Virus record (IMG/VR): IMGVR_UViG_2896028454_000001
Span: 3,450 to 67,449 of that record
Length of the DNA: 64,000 nt
Reading direction: 5' to 3' (one strand)
Origin: a virus
Lineage: Duplodnaviria > Heunggongvirae > Uroviricota > Caudoviricetes
Below the pieces are notes generated by a model. It was not told where the DNA came from. It ran no database searches and was given only the letters and a program-made list of their open reading frames with translations. The translations under genes and the position numbers were made by a program. This document shows positions 17,721 to 27,252 of this stretch, one piece after another (positions within the stretch are counted from its first letter, which is position 1; each line of letters begins with the position of its first letter).

Positions 17721-18132
17721 GAAGTGGGGCCCCGGCCCGTGGCAGGACGAACCCGACCGCGATCGGTGGACCGACGAGGACACCGGACTGTCCTGCCTGG
17801 CCATCCGCTTCCCCCGTACCGGCCACTGGAACGGATACGTCCAGGTCCCCGCAGGACACCCGTGGCACCGGGTCGACTTCTGGGACCTGCCCAAGGTGGA
17901 CGTGCACTGGGGCGTCAACTACGCCGACTGGGGGATCGACAGCGTCAAGGACGCCCCGGACCTCAACCAGTCGTGGTGGGTCGGGTTCTCCTGCGACCAC
18001 CTGGGTGACCTCACCCCCCAGGAGATCACCACCGACGAGTACGGGCTGCGTGAGGGCGTGTACCGGGACCTGCGGTTCGTGCGTGCCGAGATCACCCGCC
18101 TGGCCGAACAGATCAAGGAGAACCACCAGTGA
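17704..18132 (+). CDS. Hypothetical protein (142 aa)
   Basis: W/D-rich, protein-like composition. Confidence 0.5.
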   Translation: MTTAAEKWGPGPWQDEPDRDRWTDEDTGLSCLAIRFPRTGHWNGYVQVPAGHPWHRVDFWDLPKVDVHWGVNYADWGIDSVKDAPDLNQSWWVGFSCDHLGDLTPQEITTDEYGLREGVYRDLRFVRAEITRLAEQIKENHQ

Positions 18133-18542
18133 GCAGCAACAACGACCCGATCAGCATTGAGGAGTTCCGGAACCGGCACGGCCTCCCGGCCACTACCGAG
18201 TTCGCTCTGTCCCACTCCGGCGGCCGGGGGTACACCGTGTGGGTTCCCAGGAGCACGGACATCCCGCGCGGCTGGTCGTCGGCCGGGAGCTACACCGATG
18301 GTTTCCAGAAGCTCCGCCCGCACGGCAACTACCGGGAGGGCAAGGCCGCGGGCAACGACCTGGTCCACGCCGACATCCCCCGCGCGGAGGAGATCCACGC
18401 GAACCTCGCGGACGACATGGAGATCGCGGACAAGCTGCTCGCCGCCGCCGAGCGGATGGGCGCGATCGTTGTGACCCGCCGGGATGGTTCCCAGGTCGTG
18501 TTCACCCCCGCGCCGACGTCCCCGGGGGTGCGGTTCCCGTGA
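18129..18542 (+). CDS. Hypothetical protein (137 aa)
   Basis: GTGA overlap with the upstream stop. Confidence 0.5.
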   Translation: MSSNNDPISIEEFRNRHGLPATTEFALSHSGGRGYTVWVPRSTDIPRGWSSAGSYTDGFQKLRPHGNYREGKAAGNDLVHADIPRAEEIHANLADDMEIADKLLAAAERMGAIVVTRRDGSQVVFTPAPTSPGVRFP

Positions 18543-18727
18543 CGCTCTCCGAACTGGCCGCCGCGATCAACAAGGCCCTTGCGGCTCGCCCCGACATGGG
18601 TCGCATGGAAGTCGCTACCACCACCTACAGCCTGTTCGGCCCGCAGGAACCGACCCCGCTCGGAACCCTGGTCGGCATCCACATGGACGGCGACACCGCC
18701 GTCATCGTCCACCGGAGCACCCCGTGA
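18539..18727 (+). CDS. Hypothetical protein (62 aa)
   Basis: GTGA overlap. Confidence 0.35.
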   Translation: MTLSELAAAINKALAARPDMGRMEVATTTYSLFGPQEPTPLGTLVGIHMDGDTAVIVHRSTP

Positions 18728-19590
18728 ACCACACCCCAAGCATCGGCCCCATGTTCGCTGGTGACACCGCCGACCACCAGCTCACCATCCTGTTGGACCA
18801 GGGACCCCACAAGCACCTGCGCGCCCACACCGTCGACACGGACACCGGCCGCCCCCTGCACCTGTACTCAATCGACCTGGTCCTGTGGCCCGGACACGCC
18901 GCCATCTCCGGGGACCTGGACGGGTTCACCTTCAAGGGCGCCCCGGACATGCTGCCCCTGCTCCGCACCGCCACCGCCGGGGACATCTCCTGGTCCTACC
19001 TCGCGGAGAAAGTCGACGCCGGACGAGACAACATCACCGGGTTCTCCGAGCACGCGTTCCACGAGCACATCCGCGAACACGTCGCCCACGACATCCGGGA
19101 CCGGACCGCACCCCAGGGGATCGGCCGGGCCATCACCGCCCAGTTCCTCGACGGGTGGGCCGCGGACTCCTTCGACACCGAGGAGGCCGCCCGGTACGCG
19201 CTCCGCGATTTCGAGTACGAAGGTTACGAGTTCGTGGACACCGCAGAGTGGGATCTCACCAGCTACACGGCGGACTTCGAGCGGGCCGTCCTCGGTATCC
19301 AGCTCGTCATCCGCCTGTACGACCGGGAACTAGCAGCCCGCGCCACCACCCAGGCTGACCCCGCCCACTTGGGCGAGGAAGCCCACGACCGCCAGTGCCT
19401 GGTGGACGAGTACCGGGGCGGCTGGGTGATCAACCCCGCTACCACCGCGAGCATCCCCACCGGCCAGTGCCCCCTGTGCGGCACACCGACTGGGGGCCTC
19501 AGGGCGTGGGCGTCTCACATGGCCGGTCACCGGGGCGAGGCGCTGTCGTGGGTGGCCCGCTGGCAGGAAACCCACCCGCAGGCCGCTTGA
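18724..19590 (+). CDS. Hypothetical protein (288 aa)
   Basis: GTGA overlap. C-terminal CPLCGTP motif. Confidence 0.5.
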   Translation: MNHTPSIGPMFAGDTADHQLTILLDQGPHKHLRAHTVDTDTGRPLHLYSIDLVLWPGHAAISGDLDGFTFKGAPDMLPLLRTATAGDISWSYLAEKVDAGRDNITGFSEHAFHEHIREHVAHDIRDRTAPQGIGRAITAQFLDGWAADSFDTEEAARYALRDFEYEGYEFVDTAEWDLTSYTADFERAVLGIQLVIRLYDRELAARATTQADPAHLGEEAHDRQCLVDEYRGGWVINPATTASIPTGQCPLCGTPTGGLRAWASHMAGHRGEALSWVARWQETHPQAA

Positions 19591-19679
19591 CCCTCCACGC
19601 ACGAAGCGGGCCCGCCCGGGACGGAATCAGCGCCCCGGCCGGGCCCACCCAACTCACCACCTTACCGAGAGGCCACACC

Positions 19680-19985
19680 ATGACCCCCCAACAGGCCGCC
19701 GTGCGCGCCGCCACCCCGCACACCGACGAGATCGGCGAGCGGTACCGCGCCCTGAACCAGGCCCTGTCCGCCGCCGAAGAGGCTGGTGAGAGTACCGCGC
19801 CCGCCGTCCGCGCTCTCATCGTCATCATCGCTTCCGCCGTTGGTGGACTCGGCACCCTGTTCTTCTACCTCCTGAAGGGACCTCTTATGGACTGGGAACG
19901 TCACATCGCCGCGTTCGGCTTGTTCATCCTCGCCCCCGCCGTCGTCGTGTTCCTGGTGGTGCTCGCCGCGAAGGGCCTCCTGTGA
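19680..19985 (+). CDS. Small membrane protein (2 predicted TM helices)
   Basis: Hydrophobic segments LIVIIASAVGGLGTLFFYLL and FGLFILAPAVVVFLVVLAA. Confidence 0.45.
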   Translation: MTPQQAAVRAATPHTDEIGERYRALNQALSAAEEAGESTAPAVRALIVIIASAVGGLGTLFFYLLKGPLMDWERHIAAFGLFILAPAVVVFLVVLAAKGLL

Positions 19986-20362
19986 CCCGCCGTCGCCCGG
20001 CCGCCGGCCAACTCACCATCGGCCACGCCGACCCGTCCTATGAGGAGGTGCGCCGGACCGTGCTCGCCCAGGTCCGCGAGGCGTGGGAGGAGCTGGAAGA
20101 AGCCCGCCGGTGGGCCAACTACAACCGCCGCGACTTCGGGGCGAAGGACCGGCTGGCCCGCGCCGAAGTCCGGTGGGCCATCGTCACCGACCAGGAACCC
20201 AACCCTGCCTACCTCGCCATGGGGTACCGGCACGGGTGGCTGACCGGCCTGGAACACCTCGCCCCACCCAACCCCGCCCGGACCGCCCCCGCACCCCTGA
20301 ACCCGTCCATCGCCCGAGCCATGGCCTACCTCGAAGAAGCCGAAAGAGAGACCACACCATGA
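19982..20362 (+). CDS. Hypothetical protein (126 aa)
   Basis: GTGA overlap with the upstream stop. Confidence 0.45.
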   Translation: MTRRRPAAGQLTIGHADPSYEEVRRTVLAQVREAWEELEEARRWANYNRRDFGAKDRLARAEVRWAIVTDQEPNPAYLAMGYRHGWLTGLEHLAPPNPARTAPAPLNPSIARAMAYLEEAERETTP

Positions 20363-20487
20363 GCCCCAACCCCGGCCACCAAGCCGCCGCCGAAACCCGC
20401 ACCACCAACCTCAACCTCTGAACCCGCCCAGTGGGGCACCCACAACCCGGGTGCCCCACCCAGACCCCTCACTGGCCCGGAGCCCCT

Positions 20488-20739
20488 GTGAACCTCGCTG
20501 GCCGTACCCGCGCTGACATCGACGCGCTCCTCACCGAACGAGACACCGACATCGCCACCCTCACCCAAGCCGCCGACATCGCCGACACCCGCCGCCTGTT
20601 CGACCTCGCCGACCACTGCCGAAAGTGGGCAGCGAACCCACCCAACCCCGCCGGGGGCACCCCGATCGGGTACCTCCTCGCCCTCACCTACGCGGACCTT
20701 CTCGTCCACGGCCACACCCCCCAGGAGCACACCCCATGA
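20488..20739 (+). CDS. Hypothetical protein (83 aa)
   Basis: GTG start inside track ORF 20431..20739. Confidence 0.4.
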   Translation: MNLAGRTRADIDALLTERDTDIATLTQAADIADTRRLFDLADHCRKWAANPPNPAGGTPIGYLLALTYADLLVHGHTPQEHTP

Positions 20740-21515
20740 CCCTGATGACCGGGTTCGACCTGGAAACCACCGGGAAGGACCCCGAAACCGCGCGCATCGT
20801 CGAGTACGGGTTCGCGCACGTCGGCGGCGGCCAACCTTCCGAGTTCGTGGAGGAACGTGTCAACCCGGGGGTTCCGATCCCAGCCGAGGCCGCCCAGGTC
20901 CACGGCATCACCGACGAGATGGTGGCCGCCGCCATGTCGGCCGAGGCCGCGGTGACCCGCATTGTGCGGACCATCGCTGGGGTGCTCGCTGAGGGCCGGT
21001 TGCTGGTCGGCCACAACATCGTGTACGACCTGACCGTGTTGGACCGGGAGTGCCGCCGCCACCTCGGGGAGGGGTTGGAGTCCCTGTTGGGGGTGCCGGT
21101 CCGCCCGGTGGTGGACACGTTGGTGTTGTCCAAGCACCTGGACCCGTACCGCAAGAGGGTGTCGGACAAGCAGGGTGCTCACCAGTTGCGTACCTGTGTG
21201 GAGAAGATGGTGACCCCCCGGTGGCCGTCTGTGGTGTGGGACGAGGGGGAGGCGCACGGGGCCCTGTACGACTGTCGCATGGCGTTGTATGTGGCCGCGG
21301 CCGTGTTGGCTCTCCCGAAGCTGTCCAACCTGGGCCTGGGGGAGTTGCACGATGCCCAGGTGGGGTGGAAGGCCGCTCAAGCCGCCGGGTTCCAGACCTA
21401 CCTTCGCAACCCGGCGAAAGCGGGGGACAGCTACGACCCGGGCGCGGTAGTGGACGGCAGGTGGCCGGTTGTTCCGGCTGAGCCCCGGCAGGAGGCGTTG
21501 TTGGGGAGGGGGTGA
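20736..21515 (+). CDS. DnaQ-like 3'-5' exonuclease (DEDDh)
   Basis: Exo I FDLETTG. Exo II LVGHNIVYDL. Exo III HGALYD. Confidence 0.75.
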   Translation: MTLMTGFDLETTGKDPETARIVEYGFAHVGGGQPSEFVEERVNPGVPIPAEAAQVHGITDEMVAAAMSAEAAVTRIVRTIAGVLAEGRLLVGHNIVYDLTVLDRECRRHLGEGLESLLGVPVRPVVDTLVLSKHLDPYRKRVSDKQGAHQLRTCVEKMVTPRWPSVVWDEGEAHGALYDCRMALYVAAAVLALPKLSNLGLGELHDAQVGWKAAQAAGFQTYLRNPAKAGDSYDPGAVVDGRWPVVPAEPRQEALLGRG

Positions 21516-21559
21516 GGGGGTGGTGGGGTGTGGGCGGTGTCCCGCACCCCATCACTGTA

Positions 21560-21583
21560 AATTCGTGTAAATTTACAAGAATT
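21560..21583. promoter_or_regulatory. 24-bp palindrome AATTCGTGTAAATTTACAAGAATT (copy 2, one mismatch) upstream of the HAD/RNA-ligase operon
   Basis: About 55 nt are shared with the copy at 7846, including the downstream GGGGGTACCCC palindrome. Confidence 0.5.
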
Positions 21584-21640
21584 CTGGTAGGATGGGGGTA
21601 CCCCCGGAAGGGGCGAAACCCCTGAATCCGAGGAGTCCCC

Positions 21641-22261
21641 GTGCCCCCTTTCCCTCGTGCTGTCTGTCCTGGTTGTGGCGAGGACATCGCGGTCAACCGG
21701 GGCGGGCGTCTCCGCGTTCACGGCCGTCTGCCCTACGACGGGTGCCCCGGGTCCAGCAGGTACGCCCGGCCTCTGCTGTTCCTGGACGTGGACGGGCCCT
21801 TGAACCCGCACTACATGGGCAAGAACAAGTCCCGCCGGTTGGGTTACCAGCGGGACTGGATCAACGGGTTCGACGTCCGTCTGAACCCCTCCCACGGCCC
21901 CGCCCTCCTCGGCCTCCCTGTGGATCTGGTGTGGGGCACCACGTGGGAGCACGACGCGAACAAGCTGATCGGCCCCGTCATCGGGCTGCCCGAACTGCCG
22001 GTGTGCGAGTGGTCGAAGACCGAACCGAAAGGCATCGACCGGCGGGTGTATTACAAAACCCCCGACCTGGTCGATTACGCCGAAGACCGGCACCGGCCGT
22101 GGATCTGGGTGGACGACGAGATCGGCGACGCCGACCGCGAATACGCCGCCGGGGCCGCGACCGTCCCCACCCTCCTCCACCGGGTGGACCCCCGCGAAGG
22201 GCTCACCACCGACGACTTCACCGCGATCACCGCGTGGGTCCACAACCTCAACAACCCCTGA
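21641..22261 (+). CDS. HAD-superfamily phosphatase (polynucleotide 3'-phosphatase-like)
   Basis: Motif I FLDVDGPL. Motif IV WIWVDDEIGD. N-terminal CPGC...C zinc ribbon. Confidence 0.55.
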   Translation: MPPFPRAVCPGCGEDIAVNRGGRLRVHGRLPYDGCPGSSRYARPLLFLDVDGPLNPHYMGKNKSRRLGYQRDWINGFDVRLNPSHGPALLGLPVDLVWGTTWEHDANKLIGPVIGLPELPVCEWSKTEPKGIDRRVYYKTPDLVDYAEDRHRPWIWVDDEIGDADREYAAGAATVPTLLHRVDPREGLTTDDFTAITAWVHNLNNP

Positions 22262-22272
22262 AACGGAACCCC

Positions 22273-23061
22273 ATGACACTCCTCGAAACCCTCAACCGCA
22301 GGCTGCTGAACAGCGCCACCCAGTACCCGAAGATGCCCACCTACCACAAGCTCGAACGCGGCCTGCTCACCGATGACCGCAACACCGTGTTCCCCGCCCA
22401 CCAGCCCGTCATCATCACGGAGAAGGTCAACGGTGCGTCCGCCCGCGTGGTGGTGGACTCCTCCGGGGACCTGTTCATCGGCTCCCGCCATGAACTCCTG
22501 TACGCCCTCGGCGACCGCATCCCGAACCCGGCCGAGAACATCGTCCACACCCTCCGCGACATCGCCCGGGACCTGCCCCGCCCCGGCGACGGGCTGGCCG
22601 TGTACTTCCTGGAGGTGTACGGCAGCGGCATCGGGTCCGCGTGGAAGCAGTACACCGGCCGCAAGGGCGAGTACGGGGCCCGCCTGTTCGACGCCGCGAT
22701 GATCCCCGCCGACGCCCTGGAGGGCACGGCCGAGCAAATCGCCGCATGGCGCGAGCAGGGCGGCCAGAAGTTCGCGACGGAGAAGGAACTGGCCGGAATC
22801 ACCCTGGTGTCGGACATCCCCCTCACCCCGCGCATCGCGACGATCCCTGGGGCCGGAGTGCCCGCGACCATCGCGGAGATGCACCCGTACCTGTGCGTGG
22901 TCGCCGGGGAGACCCGGGTCGCCCTGGACGAGGACGGTTTCGGCAACGCGGAAGGGATCGTGCTCCGCACCCCGGACCGGTCCCACATCGTCAAGGTCCG
23001 GCACAAGGACTACGAGCACACCGCGAAGGCCCGCGCCCGCGCCCGTGCGAAGGCCGCCTGA
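22273..23061 (+). CDS. ATP-dependent RNA ligase-like nucleotidyltransferase (Rnl2-like)
   Basis: Motif I ITEKVNGAS (KxNG lysine nucleotidyltransferase motif). Motif IV-like EGIVLR. Motif V-like IVKVRHKD. Confidence 0.55.
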   Translation: MTLLETLNRRLLNSATQYPKMPTYHKLERGLLTDDRNTVFPAHQPVIITEKVNGASARVVVDSSGDLFIGSRHELLYALGDRIPNPAENIVHTLRDIARDLPRPGDGLAVYFLEVYGSGIGSAWKQYTGRKGEYGARLFDAAMIPADALEGTAEQIAAWREQGGQKFATEKELAGITLVSDIPLTPRIATIPGAGVPATIAEMHPYLCVVAGETRVALDEDGFGNAEGIVLRTPDRSHIVKVRHKDYEHTAKARARARAKAA

Positions 23062-23128
23062 CCCCCACCCCCCGGGGCGGCCGTAGGGAAGACGGCCGCC
23101 CCCCGGACCAGAAGCGAGAACACCCCCT

Positions 23129-24442
23129 GTGATCACCATCAAGGACCTCTTCGCCGGTGGCGGCGGCACCACCACAGGCGCCCGCAAGGTGCCTGGCGTC
23201 AAGGTCAGCATGGCCGTCAACCACTGGCCGCTGGCCGTCGACACCCACAACCTGAACCACCCCGACACCGGCCACGACTGCGTCGACATCTCCCAAGTCG
23301 ACCCCCGCCGGTACCCGACCACGGACATCCTGTGTGCGTCTCCGGAGTGCACGCAGCAGACCAGGGCGCAGGGCGTGGCCCGCACCGCCCGGCAGGCGTT
23401 CGACCTGTTCAGCACCGACGAGATGGACGCCGCTGAACGCTCCCGCGCCACCATGTGGGACGTACTGCGGTTCACGGAGGTGCACGCCTACCGGTACATC
23501 ATCGTGGAGAACGTCATCGACGTCCGAGGCTGGGCGATGTGGCCCGCGTGGGCGCTGGGCCTGGGCTGTCTCGGCTACGAGTTCCGGTACATCAGCCTCA
23601 ACAGCATGTTCGCTGGGGCTTTCGGCGCCCCGGCAGCCCAGTCCCGCAACCGGGGTTACGTCGTCGCGTGGAAGAAGGGCGAGCGCGCCCCGGATTTCAA
23701 CGCGTGGCTGCGCCCCTACGCGGACTGCCCCGTTCACAAGCGTGTGCAGGCCATCCAGGCGTTCAAGAACGGTCGCGAGTACGGCGAGTACGGGCCCCAG
23801 TACATCTGGCGGTGCCCCCGCGTGGAGTGCCGTAACACCCAGGTCCACCCGAAGGTGCGCCCGGCCGCCGACATCATCGACTGGTCCATCCCCACCCCAC
23901 GCATCGGCGACCGCACCACCCCGCTCGTGGAGAACACCATGCGCCGGGTCCGGGACGGGGTCGCCACCTACGGCCGCCCGGCCGAGGACGGCACCCACCT
24001 GCCGCCGTTCATGACCGAACTCCGGGGCGGCGGGTCCAAGCACCGGCCCATGGCGTCCCCGCTGTCCACCGTCACCGCTGGCGGCAACCACCACGCCATC
24101 ACCGTCCCCGACATGATCTACCCGTACTACGGCAACTCGGCTCTCCAGCCCGCCGCCCGGCCGCTGCCCACGGTCACGACGGTGGACACCTGCGCGCTCC
24201 TGCAAGGCGGGGTCATCCGCGACATCAACGACCTGCGGTACCGGATGCTCAAACCGCACGAGTACGCCGCCGCCCAGGAGTTCCCGGCGGACTACCGGTG
24301 GCCGGTTACGTCGAGCAAGAAGCTCGTCCGGATGATCGGGAACGCGGTGTCCACGAACGCGGCCCGTGACCTGGTGGGCATGGTCGCCGCCCAGATGGAC
24401 CCGAGCATCGTTCCGACGTGGGGGATGGGGTTGGCCGCATGA
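23129..24442 (+). CDS. DNA (cytosine-5)-methyltransferase
   Basis: FAGGGG motif I, SPEC (PC motif), IVENV motif VI, target-recognition domain region, C-terminal motifs. Confidence 0.85.
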   Translation: MITIKDLFAGGGGTTTGARKVPGVKVSMAVNHWPLAVDTHNLNHPDTGHDCVDISQVDPRRYPTTDILCASPECTQQTRAQGVARTARQAFDLFSTDEMDAAERSRATMWDVLRFTEVHAYRYIIVENVIDVRGWAMWPAWALGLGCLGYEFRYISLNSMFAGAFGAPAAQSRNRGYVVAWKKGERAPDFNAWLRPYADCPVHKRVQAIQAFKNGREYGEYGPQYIWRCPRVECRNTQVHPKVRPAADIIDWSIPTPRIGDRTTPLVENTMRRVRDGVATYGRPAEDGTHLPPFMTELRGGGSKHRPMASPLSTVTAGGNHHAITVPDMIYPYYGNSALQPAARPLPTVTTVDTCALLQGGVIRDINDLRYRMLKPHEYAAAQEFPADYRWPVTSSKKLVRMIGNAVSTNAARDLVGMVAAQMDPSIVPTWGMGLAA

Positions 24443-24798
24443 GCCGCCGTGTGATTGTGACCGGCGGCCGGGATTACACCGACCAGAACACCGTTGCCCG
24501 GACACTCCAGTCCCTCTACCTCGCGCCGCTCTCCCCGGGCAACCCGCCCACGCTCGTCCACGGAGGCGCGCCCGGGGCTGACCGCCTGGCCGCCAAGTAC
24601 GCCCACGCCCACTACTGGCCAGTCCATGAATTCCCCGCGAACTGGCGGAGACACGGCCCCGCGGCCGGGCCGATCCGTAACCAGCAGATGGCGGATGCCG
24701 GGGCTGACCTGTGCATCGCGTTCCCCGGCGGCCGTGGCACCGCTGACATGGTGTCCCGGGCGAAGGCCGCAGGCATCCCCGTCCGCCTGGTGCCGTGA
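24439..24798 (+). CDS. DUF2493/SLOG-family (YspA-like) protein
   Basis: VIVTGGRDYTD ... LVHGGAPGAD pattern typical of the SLOG-type family in actinophages. Confidence 0.5.
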   Translation: MSRRVIVTGGRDYTDQNTVARTLQSLYLAPLSPGNPPTLVHGGAPGADRLAAKYAHAHYWPVHEFPANWRRHGPAAGPIRNQQMADAGADLCIAFPGGRGTADMVSRAKAAGIPVRLVP

Positions 24799-25085
24799 TG
24801 GGTGACCCGCTGCCCGGGATGCCCACCCCAACCCCCCGCCCCCGGCCGTCGTTGGCCGACTACCCGGCCCGCATCCGCGTGTACGGCGGCCGGAACACCC
24901 ATGCCGCCCGTACCGAACTCGCACGCCCTGGTTCAGCACGGGAGTGGACGCACCGGACCGCCTGTGACCGGGTATCCGACGCCGGGTCCGCCTCCCGCCT
25001 CCGAGACCACCTGCTTGACCCTGACACCCCTGTCACCTGCAAAGCGTGCACGAACGCCCTCACCCCCAAGGAGCCCACCCCGTGA
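24795..25085 (+). CDS. Hypothetical protein (96 aa)
   Basis: GTGATG start region overlapping the upstream stop. Confidence 0.4.
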   Translation: MMGDPLPGMPTPTPRPRPSLADYPARIRVYGGRNTHAARTELARPGSAREWTHRTACDRVSDAGSASRLRDHLLDPDTPVTCKACTNALTPKEPTP

Positions 25086-25660
25086 CGAAGCTCGTGTTCG
25101 TCGACACCGAGACGACCGGTCTGAACCCTCGCGTTCACCACCCGTGGGAGGTGGCCGTGATCGTGGAAACCCCCGGGGAGGAGCTGGTGGAGAAGCGGTG
25201 GTTCCTGCCCGTGGACCTCACCCACGCTGACCCGAAGGCGTTGGAGATCGGCGGGTTCTGGGACCGGTACCCGCAGGGCACCGGGATCGTCAAGGGGCGC
25301 CTGGGGGAGCCGCGTGTGGTCGCCTGCACGTTGGCCCGCATCCTCGCCGGGGCGGTCGTGGTCGGCTCCAACCCCGCCTTCGACCAGGCGATGCTGACCC
25401 CGCTGTTGGCCGCGCACGGGCAGGTGTGGGCCGCCCACTATCGGATGGTCGACGTGATCACCCTCGGGGCCGGGGCCATGTACGCCGACGACGCTTTCCC
25501 TGTGATCCCCGGTGACCCGCACGCTCTCCCGTTCTCCACGACCCGGATCAGTGAGGTGTTCGGGATCAATCCCGACGACTACGACCGGCACACCGCGTTG
25601 GGTGACTGCTACTGGTCAAAGGCACTGTTTGAAGCGATCACGAAGAGGGGCGCCGAGTGA
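25082..25660 (+). CDS. DnaQ-like 3'-5' exonuclease (second copy)
   Basis: FVDTETTGL exo I motif. DEDD-like spacing. Confidence 0.7.
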   Translation: MTKLVFVDTETTGLNPRVHHPWEVAVIVETPGEELVEKRWFLPVDLTHADPKALEIGGFWDRYPQGTGIVKGRLGEPRVVACTLARILAGAVVVGSNPAFDQAMLTPLLAAHGQVWAAHYRMVDVITLGAGAMYADDAFPVIPGDPHALPFSTTRISEVFGINPDDYDRHTALGDCYWSKALFEAITKRGAE

Positions 25661-26208
25661 AGGACGATGGGCGGTTCAGGGAAAGCTGGAAGACTTCGAA
25701 CAATGGGTGCTGGGAATGGTGCGGAAGGCTGAGCGATAAAGGGTACGGGTGGTTCTGGGACTCGGCTAACAAGAAGCATGTAAAGGCACACCGGTGGAGC
25801 TATGAGTCATCCGTGGCCGCTATCCCCGAGGGTCTTGAAATCGACCACCTGTGCCGTAACCGTGCGTGTGTGAACCCTGGGCACCTCGAACCCGTGACCC
25901 ACGCCGAAAACGTGCGCCGCGCCAAGTACCTGAAGACAGAATGCGTTGCTGGCCACCCTCTTCCTGTTGTGGAGTCGGGAAGCCGAGAGTGCCAGGAATG
26001 TGCTCGTGAGCGAAAGCGCGCGTACAAGGCCCGCCAAAAAGCGAAGCAGCCCCCCAAGGAGAAGAAGCTCCCTCCCCACGGGCGAGGCAGATATGCCCAC
26101 CACGGTTGTCGGTGCGACATCTGTTGCGAGGCGGAGAAGTCCTACAAGCGAGCTTGGCGGGAAAAGCAAGCCGTCGCCATCACCCGAACGGAGACCACCG
26201 GTGCCTGA
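25657..26208 (+). CDS. HNH endonuclease with a C-terminal HGCRC motif
   Basis: HVKAHRWSYE...GLEIDHLCRNRACVNPGHLEPVTHAEN is the HNH core. C-terminal HHGCRCDICCEAEKSYKRAWREKQ matches the recurrent Cys motif. Confidence 0.7.
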   Translation: MKDDGRFRESWKTSNNGCWEWCGRLSDKGYGWFWDSANKKHVKAHRWSYESSVAAIPEGLEIDHLCRNRACVNPGHLEPVTHAENVRRAKYLKTECVAGHPLPVVESGSRECQECARERKRAYKARQKAKQPPKEKKLPPHGRGRYAHHGCRCDICCEAEKSYKRAWREKQAVAITRTETTGA

Positions 26209-26470
26209 ACTCGTCCTGATGTGGTCGGCCGCGGTCATCCTCGTCGCGGTCGCCGTCGCCGCCCTCGCTGGCGCCGCGTTCATGGTCGCCGCGACCGTCC
26301 ACGGCTACCTGAACCGGTACCGGGTCCGCGGCCTCACCCGTGAGCAGATCGGGGAGTGCCGCAACCTCGCCGCCCAGTTCCGCAGGCAGAACGGCACCGC
26401 GAACGGGCCCGTGTCCCCGCCCGTGGACCCCGTCAACCAGCCCAAGCACCACACCGACGACGAGGTCTGA
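26201..26470 (+). CDS. Small membrane protein
   Basis: GTG start. TM segment LVLMWSAAVILVAVAVAALAGAAFMVAA. Confidence 0.4.
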   Translation: MPELVLMWSAAVILVAVAVAALAGAAFMVAATVHGYLNRYRVRGLTREQIGECRNLAAQFRRQNGTANGPVSPPVDPVNQPKHHTDDEV

Positions 26471-26473
26471 CCG

Positions 26474-26647
26474 GTGGCTGATGCCCGCATGCCCGGCCGT
26501 GTGGCACCCGACTGGTGCCCCCAGTGCCGGGCCACCCCCGGCCCTGACTGCCCCACGGTGGGGCGCACCCCCCGGCAGGTCCGCCGGACCGAAGCCCGCC
26601 AGACCACCGCACTGATCCGTGAGGAGACCACCCCCGATGAGACCTGA
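26474..26647 (+). CDS. Small zinc-ribbon-like protein (57 aa; not in the ORF track)
   Basis: Hand-translated: VADARMPGRVAPDWCPQCRATPGPDCPTVGRTP... Fills the gap. Stop overlaps the next ATG. Confidence 0.3.
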   Translation: MADARMPGRVAPDWCPQCRATPGPDCPTVGRTPRQVRRTEARQTTALIREETTPDET

Positions 26648-27179
26648 GACCCGCGCCTACCTGAAGGCGAACAAACCCTCCGAGTTCTTCAGCGGCGACG
26701 TCCTCCGCGACTGCATCAAGGTCACCGCGTCGGTCAAGGGCGGGGTGCTCGTGGTCGTGGACGACTACCCGACCGGGGCCGCCCACCCCCTCACCCGCGC
26801 TGAGACGGTGCGGCTCCGCGACTGGCTGAACACCCACCTCGGCGACACCGCCCCCATGACGAAGGGTCACTCGAACGAACCGGTCAACCTCGCTCCCATC
26901 CGCGAGCGCCTTACCCTCGTCGCGCACTTCGGCACCGACTGGGAAACCGCCCCCGATGATGACACCCACGACTGGCACATCACCTACCCCAGCGAGCGTG
27001 AGGACGCCGGCCTTGTCGCGACCGTCCCCGACTACGGCGAGCACATCGCGGAGCTGATCGTGAACGCGCCTCGCGACCTGGCCGCACTGGTCGGTGAGGT
27101 GCAGCGGCTCAGGGCCGAACTCGCAGATAAGGAGATGACTCAGCCGCGCGCCCGGCCGGGCCGACCCGCCAAGAACTGA
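26637..27179 (+). CDS. Hypothetical protein
   Basis: ATG start MRPETRAYLKANKPSEFF. Confidence 0.5.
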   Translation: MRPETRAYLKANKPSEFFSGDVLRDCIKVTASVKGGVLVVVDDYPTGAAHPLTRAETVRLRDWLNTHLGDTAPMTKGHSNEPVNLAPIRERLTLVAHFGTDWETAPDDDTHDWHITYPSEREDAGLVATVPDYGEHIAELIVNAPRDLAALVGEVQRLRAELADKEMTQPRARPGRPAKN

Positions 27180-27252
27180 CCACCCGGGCCCGCACCCGGG
27201 CCGCCGCGCTCGCTGCTGCTGGCCAACACCCCCTTTTCACCCTGGAGACCCC

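Noticed and set aside
26340-26615. 91-aa + strand ORF (MSRSGSAATSPPSSAG...)
   Set aside because: Pro/Ser/Ala low-complexity frame artefact. A different frame gives a plausible zinc-ribbon peptide (26474..26647).
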